This document shows, piece by piece, positions 1 to 15,000 of a stretch of 43,499 bases of DNA. The first letter of the stretch is position 1. Each line of letters begins with the position of its first letter. The notes under the pieces were generated by a model. The model was not told the DNA's origin. It saw only the letters and a program-made list of their open reading frames with translations, and searched no databases. Both the position numbers and the translations under genes were made by a program. Source of the DNA: Utricularia gibba (Eukaryota; Plantae; Magnoliophyta); the NCBI GenBank assembly GCA_002189035.1, contig NEEC01000177.1:1-43499 (forward strand), given 5' to 3'.

Positions 1-3000
1 CGTTCGGTTTTCAGGGGCTTCCTACAAGGTTTTTCAAGGAACAACTTCTCGTTTTGTGTCGGCCACTCTCACTGGGCACTTGGTCCGGCGCTGCGTTCGG
101 TCCGGCTCATGAGCCAACCGGGTGCGAGTCGACGAAAATAATGATGCATTTGTTTAAAGTAAGATGTCACGTGCACCCCACATGATTTTTTCAACAACTT
201 ACTTTATACTTGAGGAGGCGGTCTTGGGGGGCACCTAGAACGGGACAAAGGTCAGGTTGGGTTAGGGCCGAAAGTTAGTTGTAGCCTGGCAACTAAAGCG
301 ATGCACTTATTAACGTTCGGTTTTCAGGGGCTTCCTACAAGGTTTTTCAAGGAACAACTTCTCGTTTTGTGTCGGCCACTCTCACTGGGCACTTGGTCCG
401 GCGCTGCGTTCGGTCCGGCTCATGAGCCCAACCGGGTGCGAGTCGACGAAAATAATGATGCATTTGTTTAAAGTAAGATGTCACGTGCACCCCACATGAT
501 TTTTCAACAACTTACTTTATACTTGAGGAGGCGGTCTTGGGGGGCACCTAGAACGGGACAAAGGTCAGGTTGGGTTAGGGCCGAAAGTTAGTTGTAGCCT
601 GGCAACTAAAGCGATGCACTTATTAACGTTCGGTTTTCAGGGGCTTCCTACAAGGTTTTTCAAGGAACAACTTCTCGTTTTGTGTCGGCCACTCTCACTG
701 GGCACTTGGTCCGGCGCTGCGTTCGGTCCGGCTCATGAGCCCAACCGGGTGCGAGTCGACGAAAATAATGATGCATTTGTTTAAAGTAAGATGTCACGTG
801 CACCCACATGATTTTTTCAACAACTTACTTTATACTTGAGGAGGCGGTCTTGGGGGACCTAGAACGGGACAAAGGTCAGGTTGGGTTAGGGCCGAAAGTT
901 AGTTGTAGCCTGGCAACTAAAGCGATGCACTTATTAACGTTCGGTTTTCAGGGGCTTCCTACAAGGTTTTTCAAGGAACAACTTCTCGTTTTGTGTCGGC
1001 CACTCTCACTGGGCACTTGGTCCGGCGCTGCGTTCGGTCCGGCTCATGAGCCCAACCGGTGCGAGTCGACGAAAATAATGATGCATTTGTTTAAAGTAAG
1101 ATGTCACGTGCACCCCACATGATTTTTTCAACAACTTACTTTATACTTGAGGAGGCGGTCTTGGGGGGCACCTAGAACGGGACAAAGGTCAGGTTGGGTT
1201 AGGGCCGAAAGTTAGTTGTAGCCTGGCAACTAAAGCGATGCACTTATTAACGTTCGGTTTTCAGGGGCTTCCTACAAGGTTTTTCAAGGAACAACTTCTC
1301 GTTTTGTGTCGGCCACTCTCACTGGGCACTTGGTCGGCGCTGCGTTCGGTCCGGCTCATGAGCCAACCGGGTGCGAGTCGACGAAAATAATGATGCATTT
1401 GTTTAAAGTAAGATGTCACGTGCACCCCACATGATTTTTTCAACAACTTACTTTATACTTGAGGAGGCGGTCTTGGGGGCACCTAGAACGGGACAAAGGT
1501 CAGGTTGGGTTAGGGCCGAAAGTTAGTTGTAGCCTGGCAACTAAAGCGATGCACTTATTAACGTTCGGTTTTCAGGGGCTTCCTACAAGGTTTTTCAAGG
1601 AACAACTTCTCGTTTTGTGTCGGCCACTCTCACTGGGCACTTGGTCCGGCGCTGCGTTCGGTCCGGCTCATGAGCCCAACCGGGTGCGAGTCGACGAAAA
1701 TAATGATGCATTTGTTTAAAGTAAGATGTCACGTGCACCCCACATGATTTTTTCAACAACTTACTTTATACTTGAGGAGGCGGTCTTGGGGGCACCTAGA
1801 ACGGGACAAAGGTCAGGTTGGGTTAGGGCCGAAAGTTAGTTGTAGCCTGGCAACTAAAGCGATGCACTTATTAACGTTCGGTTTCAGGGGCTTCCTACAA
1901 GGTTTTTCAAGGAACAACTTCTCGTTTTGTGTCGGCCACTCTCACTGGGCACTTGGTCCGGCGCTGCGTTCGGTCCGGCTCATGAGCCCAACCGGTGCGA
2001 GTCGACGAAAATAATGATGCATTTGTTTAAAGTAAGATGTCACGTGCACCCCATGATTTTTTCAACAACTTACTTTATACTTGAGGAGGCGGTCTTGGGG
2101 GCACCTAGAACGGGACAAAGGTCAGGTTGGGTTAGGGCCGAAAGTTAGTTGTAGCCTGGCAACTAAAGCGATGCACTTATTAACGTTCGGTTTTCAGGGG
2201 CTTCCTACAAGGTTTTTCAAGGAACAACTTCTCGTTTTGTGTCGGCCACTCTCACTGGGCACTTGGTCCGGCGCTGCGTTCGGTCCGGCTCATGAGCCCA
2301 ACCGGTGCGAGTCGACGAAAATAATGATGCATTTGTTTAAAGTAAGATGTCACGTGCACCCCACATGATTTTTTCAACAACTTACTTTATACTTGAGGAG
2401 GCGGTCTTGGGGGCACCTAGAACGGGACAAAGGTCAGGTTGGGTTAGGGCCGAAAGTTAGTTGTAGCCTGGCAACTAAAGCGATGCACTTATTAACGTTC
2501 GGTTTTCAGGGGCTTCCTACAAGGTTTTTCAAGGAACAACTTCTCGTTTTGTGTCGGCCACTCTGGGCACTTGGTCCGGCGCTGCGTTCGGTCCGGCTCA
2601 TGAGCCAACCGGTGCGAGTCGACGAAAATAATGATGCATTTGTTTAAAGTAAGATGTCACGTGCACCCCACATGATTTTTTCAACAACTTACTTTATACT
2701 TGAGGAGGCGGTCTTGGGGCACCTAGAACGGGACAAAGGTCAGGTTGGGTTAGGGCCGAAAGTTAGTTGTAGCCTGGCAACTAAAGCGATGCACTTATTA
2801 ACGTTCGGTTTTCAGGGGCTTCCTACAAGGTTTTTCAAGGAACAACTTCTCGTTTTGTGTCGGCCACTCTCACTGGGCACTTGGTCCGGCGCTGCGTTCG
2901 GTCCGGCTCATGAGCCCAACCGGTGCGAGTCGACGAAAATAATGATGCATTTGTTTAAAGTAAGATGTCACGTGCACCCACATGATTTTTTCAACAACTT

Positions 3001-6000
3001 ACTTTATACTTGAGGAGGCGGTCTTGGGGGGCACCTAGAACGGGACAAAGGTCAGGTTGGGTTAGGGCCGAAAGTTAGTTGTAGCCTGGCAACTAAAGCG
3101 ATGCACTTATTAACGTTCGGTTTTCAGGGGCTTCCTACAAGGTTTTTCAAGGAACAACTTCTCGTTTTGTGTCGGCCACTCTCACTGGGCACTTGGTCCG
3201 GCGCTGCGTTCGGTCCGGCTCATGAGCCCAACCGGTGCGAGTCGACGAAAATAATGATGCATTTGTTTAAAGTAAGATGTCACGTGCACCCACATGATTT
3301 TTTCAACAACTTACTTTATACTTGAGGAGGCGGTCTTGGGGGGCACCTAGAACGGGACAAAGGTCAGGTTGGGTTAGGGCCGAAAGTTAGTTGTAGCCTG
3401 GCAACTAAAGCGATGCACTTATTAACGTTCGGTTTTCAGGGGCTTCCTACAAGGTTTTTCAAGGAACAACTTCTCGTTTTGTGTCGGCCAGGGCACTTGG
3501 TCCGGCGCTGCGTTCGGTCCGGCTCATGAGCCCAACCGGGTGCGAGTCGACGAAAATAATGATGCATTTGTTTAAAGTAAGATGTCACGTGCACCCACAT
3601 GATTTTTTCAACACTTACTTTATACTTGAGGAGGCGGTCTTGGGGGCACCTAGAACGGGACAAAGGTCAGGTTGGGTTAGGGCCGAAAGTTAGTTGTAGC
3701 CTGGCAACTAAAGCGATGCACTTATTAACGTTCGGTTTTCAGGGGCTTCCTACAAGGTTTTTCAAGGAACAACTTCTCGTTTTGTGTCGGCCACTCTCAC
3801 TGGGCACTTGGTCGGCGCTGCGTTCGGTCCGGCTCATGAGCCCAACCGGTGCGAGTCGACGAAAATAATGATGCATTTGTTTAAAGTAAGATGTCACGTG
3901 CACCCCACATGATTTTTTCAACAACTTACTTTATACTTGAGGAGGCGGTCTTGGGGCACCTAGAACGGGACAAAGGTCAGGTTGGGTTAGGGCCGAAAGT
4001 TAGTTGTAGCCTGGCAACTAAAGCGATGCACTTATTAACGTTCGTTTTCAGGGGCTTCCTACAAGGTTTTTCAAGGAACAACTTCTCGTTTTGTGTCGGC
4101 CACTCTCACTGGGCACTTGGTCCGGCGCTGCGTTCGGTCCGGCTCATGAGCCCAACCGGGTGCGAGTCGACGAAAATAATGATGCATTTGTTTAAAGTAA
4201 GATGTCACGTGCACCCACATGATTTTTTCAACAACTTACTTTATACTTGAGGAGGCGGTCTTGGGGGGCACCTAGAACGGGACAAAGGTCAGGTTGGGTT
4301 AGGGCCGAAAGTTAGTTGTAGCCTGGCAACTAAAGCGATGCACTTATTAACGTTCGGTTTTCAGGGGCTTCCTACAAGGTTTTTCAAGGAACAACTTCTC
4401 GTTTTGTGTCGGCCACTCTCACTGGGCACTTGGTCCGGCGCTGCGTTCGGTCCGGCTCATGAGCCCAACCGGTGCGAGTCGACGAAAATAATGATGCATT
4501 TGTTTAAAGTAAGATGTCACGTGCACCCCACATGATTTTTTCAACAACTTACTTTATACTTGAGGAGGCGGTCTTGGGGGCACCTAGAACGGGACAAAGG
4601 TCAGGTTGGGTTAGGGCCGAAAGTTAGTTGTAGCCTGGCAACTAAAGCGATGCACTTATTAACGTTCGGTTTTCAGGGGCTTCCTACAAGGTTTTTCAAG
4701 GAACAACTTCTCGTTTTGTGTCGGCCACTCTCACTGGGCACTTGGTCCGGCGCTGCGTTCGGTCCGGCTCATGAGCCCAACCGGTGCGAGTCGACGAAAA
4801 TAATGATGCATTTGTTTAAAGTAAGATGTCACGTGCACCCACATGATTTTTTCAACAACTTACTTTATACTTGAGGAGGCGGTCTTGGGGGGCACCTAGA
4901 ACGGGACAAAGGTCAGGTTGGGTTAGGGCCGAAAGTTAGTTGTAGCCTGGCAACTAAAGCGATGCACTTATTAACGTTCGGTTTTCAGGGGCTTCCTACA
5001 AGGTTTTTCAAGGAACAACTTCTCGTTTTGTGTCGGCCACTCTCACTGGGCACTTGGTCCGGCGCTGCGTTCGGTCCGGCTCATGAGCCCAACCGGTGCG
5101 AGTCGACGAAAATAATGATGCATTTGTTTAAAGTAAGATGTCACGTGCACCCCACATGATTTTTTCAACAACTTACTTTATACTTGAGGAGGCGTCTTGG
5201 GGGGCACCTAGAAGGGACAAAGGTCAGGTTGGGTTAGGGCCGAAAGTTAGTTGTAGCCTGGCAACTAAAGCGATGCACTTATTAACGTTCGGTTTTCAGG
5301 GGCTTCCTACAAGGTTTTTCAAGGAACAACTTCTCGTTTTGTGTCGGCCACTCTCACTGGGCACTTGGTCCGGCGCTGCGTTCGGTCCGGCTCATGAGCC
5401 CAACCGGGTGCGAGTCGACGAAAATAATGATGCATTTGTTTAAAGTAAGATGTCACGTGCACCCACATGATTTTTTCAACAACTTACTTTATACTTGAGG
5501 AGGCGGTCTTGGGGGGCACCTAGAACGGGACAAAGGTCAGGTTGGGTTAGGGCCGAAAGTTAGTTGTAGCCTGGCAACTAAAGCGATGCACTTATTAACG
5601 TTCGGTTTTCAGGGGGTTTTTCAAGGAACAACTTCTCGTTTTGTGTCGGCCACTCTCACTGGGCACTTGGTCCGGCGCTGCGTTCGGTCCGGCTCATGAG
5701 CCCAACCGGGTGCGAGTCGACGAAAATAATGATGCATTTGTTTAAAGTAAGATGTCACGTGCACCCCACATGATTTTTTCAACAACTTACTTTATACTTG
5801 AGGAGGCGGTCTTGGGGGGCACCTAGAACGGGACAAAGGTCAGGTTGGGTTAGGGCCGAAAGTTAGTTGTAGCCTGGCAACTAAAGCGATGCACTTATTA
5901 ACGTTCGGTTTTCAGGGGCTTCCTACAAGGTTTTTCAAGGAACAACTTCTCGTTTTGTGTCGGCCACTCTCACTGGGCACTTGGTCCGGCGCTGCGTTCG

Positions 6001-9000
6001 GTCCGGCTCATGAGCCCAACCGGTGCGAGTCGACGAAAATAATGATGCATTTGTTTAAAGTAAGATGTCACGTGCACCCCACATGATTTTTTCAACAACT
6101 TACTTTATACTTGAGGAGGCGGTCTTGGGGGCACCTAGAACGGGACAAAGGTCAGGTTGGGTTAGGGCCGAAAGTTAGTTGTAGCCTGGCAACTAAAGCG
6201 ATGCACTTATTAACGTTCGTTTCAGGGGCTTCCTACAAGGTTTTTCAAGGAACAACTTCTCGTTTTGTGTCGGCCACTCTCACTGGGCACTTGGTCCGGC
6301 GCTGCGTTCGGTCCGGCTCATGAGCCCAACCGGGTGCGAGTCGACGAAAATAATGATGCATTTGTTTAAAGTAAGATGTCACGTGCACCCACATGATTTT
6401 TTCAACAACTTACTTTATACTTGAGGAGGCGGTCTTGGGGGGCACCTAGAACGGGACAAAGGTCAGGTTGGGTTAGGGCCGAAAGTTAGTTGTAGCCTGG
6501 CAACTAAAGCGATGCACTTATTAACGTTCGGTTTTCAGGGGCTTCCTACAAGGTTTTTCAAGGAACAACTTTCGTTTTGTGTCGGCCACTCTCACTGGGC
6601 ACTTGGTCCGGCGCTGCGTTCGGTCCGGCTCATGAGCCCAACCGGTGCGAGTCGACGAAAATAATGATGCATTTGTTTAAAGTAAGATGTCACGTGCACC
6701 CCACATGATTTTTTCAACAACTTACTTTATACTTGAGGAGGCGGTCTTGGGGGCACCTAGAACGGGACAAGGTCAGGTTGGGTTAGGGCCGAAAGTTAGT
6801 TGTAGCCTGGCAACTAAAGCGATGCACTTATTAACGTTCGTTTTTCAGGGGCTTCCTACAAGGTTTTTCAAGGAACAACTTCTCGTTTGTGTCGGCCACT
6901 CTCACTGGGCACTTGGTCCGGCGCTGCGTTCGGTCCGGCTCATGAGCCCAACCGGGTGCGAGTCGACGAAAATAATGATGCATTTGTTTAAAGTAAGATG
7001 TCACGTGCACCCACATGATTTTTTCAACAACTTACTTTATACTTGAGGAGGCGGTCTTGGGGGGCACCTAGAACGGGACAAAGGTCAGGTTGGGTTAGGG
7101 CCGAAAGTTAGTTGTAGCCTGGCAACTAAAGCGATGCACTTATTAACGTTCGGTTTTCAGGGGCTTCCTACAAGGTTTTTCAAGGAACAACTTCTCGTTT
7201 TGTGTCGGCCACTCTCACTGGGCACTTGGTCCGGCGCTGCGTTCGGTCCGGCTCATGAGCCCAACCGGGTGCGAGTCGACGAAATAATGATGCATTTGTT
7301 TAAAGTAAGATGTCACGTGCACCCACATGATTTTTTCAACAACTTACTTTATACTTGAGGAGGCGGTCTTGGGGGCACCTAGAACGGGACAAAGGTCAGG
7401 TTGGGTTAGGGCCGAAAGTTAGTTGTAGCCTGGCAACTAAAGCGATGCACTTATTAACGTTCGGTTTTCAGGGGCTTCCTACAAGGTTTTCAAGGAACAA
7501 CTTCTCGTTTTGTGTCGGCCACTCTCACTGGGCACTTGGTCCGGCGCTGCGTTCGTCCGGCTCATGAGCCCAACCGGTGCGAGTCGACGAAAATAATGAT
7601 GCATTTGTTTAAAGTAAGATGTCACGTGCACCCACATGATTTTTTCAACAACTTACTTTATACTTGAGGAGGCGGTCTTGGGGGGCACCTAGAACGGGAC
7701 AAAGGTCAGGTTGGGTTAGGGCCGAAAGTTAGTTGTAGCCTGGCAACTAAAGCGATGCACTTATTAACGTTCGGTTTTCAGGGGCTTCCTACAAGGTTTT
7801 TCAAGGAACAACTTCTCGTTTTGTGTCGGCCACTCTCACTGGGCACTTGGTCCGGCGCTGCGTTCGGTCCGGCTCATGAGCCCAACCGGGTGCGAGTCGA
7901 CGAAAATAATGATGCATTTGTTTAAAGTAAGATGTCACGTGCACCCACATGATTTTTTCAACAACTTACTTTATACTTGAGGAGGCGGTCTTGGGGGCAC
8001 CTAGAACGGGACAAAGGTCAGGTTGGGTTAGGGCCGAAAGTTAGTTGTAGCCTGGCAACTAAAGCGATGCACTTATTAACGTTCGGTTTTCAGGGGCTTC
8101 CTACAAGGTTTTTCAAGGAACAACTTCTCGTTTTGTGTCGGCCACTCTCACTGGGCACTTGGTCCGGCGCTGCGTTCGGTCCGGCTCATGAGCCCAACCG
8201 GGTGCGAGTCGACGAAAATAATGATGCATTTGTTTAAAGTAAGATGTCACGTGCACCCCACATGATTTTTTCAACAACTTACTTTATACTTGAGGAGGCG
8301 GTCTTGGGGGGCACCTAGAACGGGACAAAGGTCAGGTTGGGTTAGGGCCGAAAGTTAGTTGTAGCCTGGCAACTAAAGCGATGCACTTATTAACGTTCGG
8401 TTTTCAGGGGCTTCCTACAAGGTTTTTCAAGGAACAACTTCTCGTTTTGTGTCGGCCACTCTCACTGGGCACTTGGTCCGGCGCTGCGTTCGGTCCGGCT
8501 CATGAGCCCAACCGGGTGCGAGTCGACGAAAATAATGATGCATTTGTTTAAAGTAAGATGTCACGTGCACCCCACATGATTTTTTCAACAACTTACTTTA
8601 TACTTGAGGAGGCGGTCTTGGGGGGCACCTAGAACGGGACAAAGGTCAGGTTGGGTTAGGGCCGAAAGTTAGTTGTAGCCTGGCAACTAAAGCGATGCAC
8701 TTATTAACGTTCGGTTTTCAGGGGCTTCCTACAAGGTTTTTTCAAGGAACAACTTCTCGTTTTGTGTCGGCCACTCTCACTGGGCACTTGGTCCGGCGCT
8801 GCGTTCGGTCCGGCTCATGAGCCCAACCGGTGCGAGTCGACGAAAATAATGATGCATTTGTTTAAAGTAAGATGTCACGTGCACCCCACATGATTTTTTC
8901 AACAACTTACTTTATACTTGAGGAGGCGGTCTTGGGGGGCACCTAGAACGGGACAAAGGTCAGGTTGGGTTAGGGCCGAAAGTTAGTTGTAGCCTGGCAA

Positions 9001-12000
9001 CTAAAGCGATGCACTTATTAACGTTCGGTTTTCAGGGCTTCCTACAAGGTTTTTCAAGGAACAACTTCTCGTTTTGTGTCGGCCACTCTCACTGGGCACT
9101 TGGTCCGGCGCTGCGTTCGGTCCGGCTCATGAGCCCAACCGGTGCGAGTCGACGAAAATAATGATGCATTTGTTTAAAGTAAGATGTCACGTGCACCCAC
9201 ATGATTTTTTCAACAACTTACTTTATACTTGAGGAGGCGGTCTTGGGGGGGCACCTAGAACGGGACAAAGGTCAGGTTGGGTTAGGGCCGAAAGTTAGTT
9301 GTAGCCTGGCAACTAAAGCGATGCACTTATTAACGTTCGGTTTTCAGGGGCTTCCTACAAGGTTTTTCAAGGAACAACTTCTCGTTTTGTGTCGGCCACT
9401 CTCACTGGGCACTTGGTCCGGCGCTGCGTTCGGTCCGGCTCATGAGCCCAACCGGTGCGAGTCGACGAAAATAATGATGCATTTGTTTAAAGTAAGATGT
9501 CACGTGCACCCCACATGATTTTTTCAACAACTTACTTTATACTTGAGGAGGCGGTCTTGGGGGCACCTAGAACGGGACAAAGGTCAGGTTGGGTTAGGGC
9601 CGAAAGTTAGTTGTAGCCTGGCAACTAAAGCGATGCACTTATTAACGTTCGGTTTTCAGGGGCTTCCTACAAGGTTTTTCAAGGAACAACTTCTCGTTTT
9701 GTGTCGGCCACTCTCACTGGGCACTTGGTCCGGCGCTGCGTTCGGTCCGGCTCATGAGCCCAACCGGTGCGAGTCGACGAAAATAATGATGCATTGTTTA
9801 AAGTAAGATGTCACGTGCACCCACATGATTTTTTCAACAACTTACTTTATACTTGAGGAGGCGGTCTTGGGGGCACCTAGAACGGGACAAAGGTCAGGTT
9901 GGGTTAGGGCCGAAAGTTAGTTGTAGCCTGGCAACTAAAGCGATGCACTTATTAACGTTCGGTTTTCAGGGGCTTCCTACAAGGTTTTCAAGGAACAACT
10001 TCTCGTTTTGTGTCGGCCACTCTCACTGGGCACTTGGTCCGGCGCTGCGTTCGGTCCGGCTCATGAGCCCAACCGGTGCGAGTCGACGAAAATAATGATG
10101 CATTTGTTTAAAGTAAGATGTCACGTGCACCCACATGATTTTTTCAACACTTACTTTATACTTGAGGAGGCGGTCTTGGGGGCACCTAGAACGGGACAAA
10201 GGTCAGGTTGGGTTAGGGCCGAAAGTTAGTTGTAGCCTGGCAACTAAAGCGATGCACTTATTAACGTTCGGTTTTCAGGGGCTTCCTACAAGGTTTTTCA
10301 AGGAACAACTTCTCGTTTTGTGTCGGCCACTCTCACTGGCACTTGGTCCGGCGCTGCGTTCGGTCCGGCTCATGAGCCCAACGGGTGCGAGTCGACGAAA
10401 ATAATGATGCATTTGTTTAAAGTAAGATGTCACGTGCACCCACATGATTTTTCAACAACTTACTTTATACTTGAGGAGGCGGTCTTGGGGGGCACCTAGA
10501 ACGGGACAAAGTCAGGTTGGGTTAGGGCCGAAAGTTAGTTGTAGCCTGGCAACTAAAGCGATGCACTTATTAACGTTCGGTTTTCAGGGGCTTCCTACAA
10601 GGTTTTTCAAGGAACAACTTCTCGTTTTGTGTCGGCCACTCTCACTGGGCACTTGGTCCGGCGCTGCGTTCGGTCCGGCTCATGTGCGAGTCGACGAAAA
10701 TAATGATGCATTTGTTTAAAGTAAGATGTCACGTGCACCCCACATGATTTTTTCAACAACTTACTTTATACTTGAGGAGGCGGTCTTGGGGGGCACCTAG
10801 AACGGGACAAAGGTCAGGTTGGGTTAGGGCCGAAAGTTAGTTGTAGCCTGGCAACTAAAGCGATGCACTTATTAACGTTCGGTTTTCAGGGGCTTCCTAC
10901 AAGGTTTTTCAAGGAACAACTTCTCGTTTTGTGTCGGCCACTCTCACTGGGCACTTGGTCCGGCGCTGCGTTCGGTCCGGCTCATGAGCCCAACGGGTGC
11001 GAGTCGACGAAAAATAATGATGCATTTGTTTAAAGTAAGATGTCACGTGCACCCACATGATTTTTCAACAACTTACTTTATACTTGAGGAGGCGGTCTTG
11101 GGGCACCTAGAACGGGACAAAGGTCAGGTTGGTTAGGGCGAAAGTTAGTTGTAGCCTGGCAACTAAAGCGATGCACTTATTAACGTTCGGTTTTCAGGGG
11201 CTTCTACAAGGTTTTTCAAGGACAACTTCTCGTTTTGTGTCGGCCACTCTCACTGGGCACTTGGTCCGGCGCTGCGTTCGGTCCGGCTCATGAGCCAACC
11301 GGGTGCGAGTCGACGAAAATAATGATGCATTTGTTTAAAGTAAGATGTCACGTGCACCCCACATGATTTTTTCAACAACTTACTTTATACTTGAGGAGGC
11401 GGTCTTGGGGGCACTAGAACGGGACAAAGGTCAGTTGGGTTAGGGCCGAAAGTTAGTTGTAGCCTGGCAACTAAAGCGATGCACTTATTAACGTTCGGTT
11501 TTCAGGGGCTTCCTACAAGGTTTTCAAGGAACAACTTCTCGTTTTGTGTCGGCCACTCTCACTGGGCACTTGGTCCGGCGCTGCGTTCGGTCCTCATGAG
11601 CCCAACCGGGTGCGAGTCGACGAAAATAATGATGCATTTGTTTAAAGTAAGATGTCACGTGCACCCCACATGATTTTTCAACAACTTACTTTATACTTGA
11701 GGAGGCGGTCTTGGGGGACCTAGAACGGGACAAAGGTCAGGTTGGGTTAGGGCCGAAAGTTAGTTGTAGCCTGGCAACTAAAGCGATGCACTTATTAACG
11801 TTCGGTTTTTCCTACAAGGTTTTTCAAGGAACAACTTCTCGTTTTGTGTCGGCCACTCTCACTGGGCACTTGGTCGGCGCTGCGTTCGGTCCGGCTCATG
11901 AGCCCAACCGGGTGCGAGTCGACGAAAATAATGATGCATTTGTTAAAGTAAGATGTCACGTGCACCCCACATGATTTTTTCAACAACTTACTTTATACTT

Positions 12001-15000
12001 GAGGAGGCGGTCTTGGGGGCACCTTCAGGTCGAAAGTTAGTTGTAGCCTGGCAACTAAAGCGATGCACTTATTAACGTTCGTTTTTCAGGGCTTCCTACA
12101 AGGTTTTTCTTCTCGTTTTGTGTCGGCCACTACTGGGCATGAGCCCAACCGGGTGCGAGTCGACGAAAATAATGATGCATTTGTTTAAAGTAAGATGTCA
12201 CGTGCACCCCATGATTTTTTCAACAACTTACTTTATACTTGAGGAGGCACCTAGAACGGGACAAAGGTCAGGTTGGGTTAGGGCCGAAAGTTAGTTGTAG
12301 CCTGGCAACTAAAGCGATGCACTTATTAACGTTCGGTTTTCAGGGGCTTCCTACAAGGTTTTCAAGGAACAACTTCTCGTTTGTGTCGGCCACTCTCACT
12401 GGGCACTTGGTCCGGCGCTGCGATGAGCCCAACCGGTGCGAGTCGACGAAAATAATGATGCATTTGTTTAAAGTAAGATGTCACGTGCACCCCACATGAT
12501 TTTTTCAACAACTTACTTTATACTTGAGGAGGCGTCTTGGGGGCACCTAGAACGGGACAAAGGTCAGGTTGGTTAGGGCCGAAAGTTAGTTGTAGCCTGG
12601 CAACTAAAGCGATGCACTTATTAACGTTCGGTTTTCAGGGGCTTCCTACAAGGTTTTTCAAGGAACAACTTCTCGTTTTGTGTCGGCCACTCTCACTGGG
12701 CACTTGGTCCGGCGCTGCGTTCGGTCCGGCTCATGAGCCCAACCGGGTGCGAGTCGACGAAAATAATGATGCATTTGTTTAAAGTAAGATGTCACGTGCA
12801 CCCACATGATTTTTTCAACAACTTACTTTATACTTGAGGAGGCGGTCTTGGGGGCACCTAGAACGGGACAAAGTCAGGTTGGGTTAGGGCCGAAAGTTAG
12901 TTGTAGCCTGGCAACTAAAGCGATGCACTTATTAACGTTCGGTTTTCAGGGGCTTCCTACAAGGTTTTTCAAGGAACAACTTCTCGTTTTGTGTCGGCCA
13001 CTCTCACTGGGCACTTGGTCCGGCTGCGTTCGGTCCGGCTCATGAGCCCAACCGGTGCGAGTCGACGAAAATAATGATGCATTTGTTTAAAGTAAGATGT
13101 CACGTGCACCCCACATGATTTTTTCAACAACTTACTTTATACTTGAGGAGGCGGTCTTGGGGGGCACCTAGAACGGGACAAAGGTCAGGTGGGTTAGGGC
13201 CGAAAGTTAGTTGTAGCCTGGCAACTAAAGCGATGCACTTATTAACGTTCGTTTTCAGGGGCTTCCTACAAGTTTTTTCAAGGAACAACTTCTCGTTTTG
13301 TGTCGGCCACTCTCACTGGGCACTTGGTCCGCGCTGCGTTCGGTCCGGCTCATGAGCCCAACCGGGTGCGAGTCGACGAAAATAATGATGCATTTGTTTA
13401 AAGTAAGATGTCACGTGCACCCCACATGATTTTTCAACAACTTACTTTATACTTGAGGAGGCGGTCTTGGGGGGCACCTAGAACGGGACAAAGGTCAGGT
13501 TGGGTTAGGGCCGAAAGTTAGTTGTAGCCTGGCAACTAAAGCGATGCACTTATTAACGTTCGGTTTTCAGGGGCTTCCTACAAGGTTTTCAAGGAACAAC
13601 TTCTCGTTTTGTGTCGGCCACTCTCACTGGGCACTTGGTCCGGCGCTGCGTTCGGTCCGGCTCATGAGCCCAACCGGTGCGAGTCGACGAAAATAATGAT
13701 GCATTTGTTTAAAGTAAGATGTCACGTGCACCACATGATTTTTTCAACTTACTTTATACTTGAGGAGGCGGTCTTGGGGGCACCTAGAACGGGACAAAGG
13801 TCAGTTGGGTTAGGGCCGAAAGTTAGTTGTAGCCTGGCAACTAAGCGATGCACTTATTAACGTTCGGTTTTCAGGGGCTTCCTACAAGGTTTTTCAAGGA
13901 ACAACTTCTCGTTTGTGTCGGCCACTCTCACTGGGCACTTGGTCCGGCGCTGCGTTCGGTCCGGCTCATGAGCCAACCGGGTGCGAGTCGACGAAAATAA
14001 TGATGCATTTGTTTAAAGTAAGATGTCACGTGCACCCCACATGATTTTTTCAACAACTTACTTTATACTTGAGGAGGCGGTCTTGGGGGCACCTAGAACG
14101 GGACAAAGGTCAGGTTGGGTTAGGGAAAGTTAGTTGTAGCCTGGCAACTAAAGCGATGCACTTATTAACGTTCGGTTTTCAGGGGCTTCCTACAAGGTTT
14201 TCAAGGAACAACTTCTCGTTTTGTGTCGGCCACTCTCACTGGGCACTTGGTCCGGCGCTGCGTTCGGTCCGGCTCATGAGCCCAACCGGTGCGAGTCGAC
14301 GAAAATAATGATGCATTTGTTTAAAGTAAGATGTCACGTGCACCCCACATGATTTTTTCAACAACTTACTTTATACTTGAGGAGGCGGTCTTGGGGGCAC
14401 CTAGAACGGGACAAAGGTCAGGTTGGGTTAGGGCCGAAAGTTAGTTGTAGCCTGGCAACTAAAGCGATGCACTTATTAACGTTCGGTTTTCAGGGGCTTC
14501 CTACAAGGTTTTTCAAGGAACAACTTCTCGTTTTGTGTCGGCCACTCTCACTGGGCACTTGGTCCGGCGCTGCGTTCGGTCCGGCTCATGAGCCCAACCG
14601 GGTGCGAGTCGACGAAAATAATGATGCATTTGTTTAAAGTAAGATGTCACGTGCACCCCACATGATTTTTTCAACAACTTACTTTATACTTGAGGAGGCG
14701 GTCTTGGGGGGCACCTAGAACGGGACAAAGGTCAGGTTGGGTTAGGGCCGAAAGTTAGTTGTAGCCTGGCAACTAAAGCGATGCACTTATTAACGTTCGG
14801 TTTTCAGGGGCTTCCTACAAGGTTTTTTCAAGGAACAACTTCTCGTTTTGTGTCGGCCACTCTCACTGGGCACTTGGTCCGGCGCTGCGTTCGGTCCGGC
14901 TCATGAGCCCAACCGGGTGCGAGTCGACGAAAATAATGATGCATTTGTTTAAAGTAAGATGTCACGTGCACCCACATGATTTTTTCAACAACTTACTTTA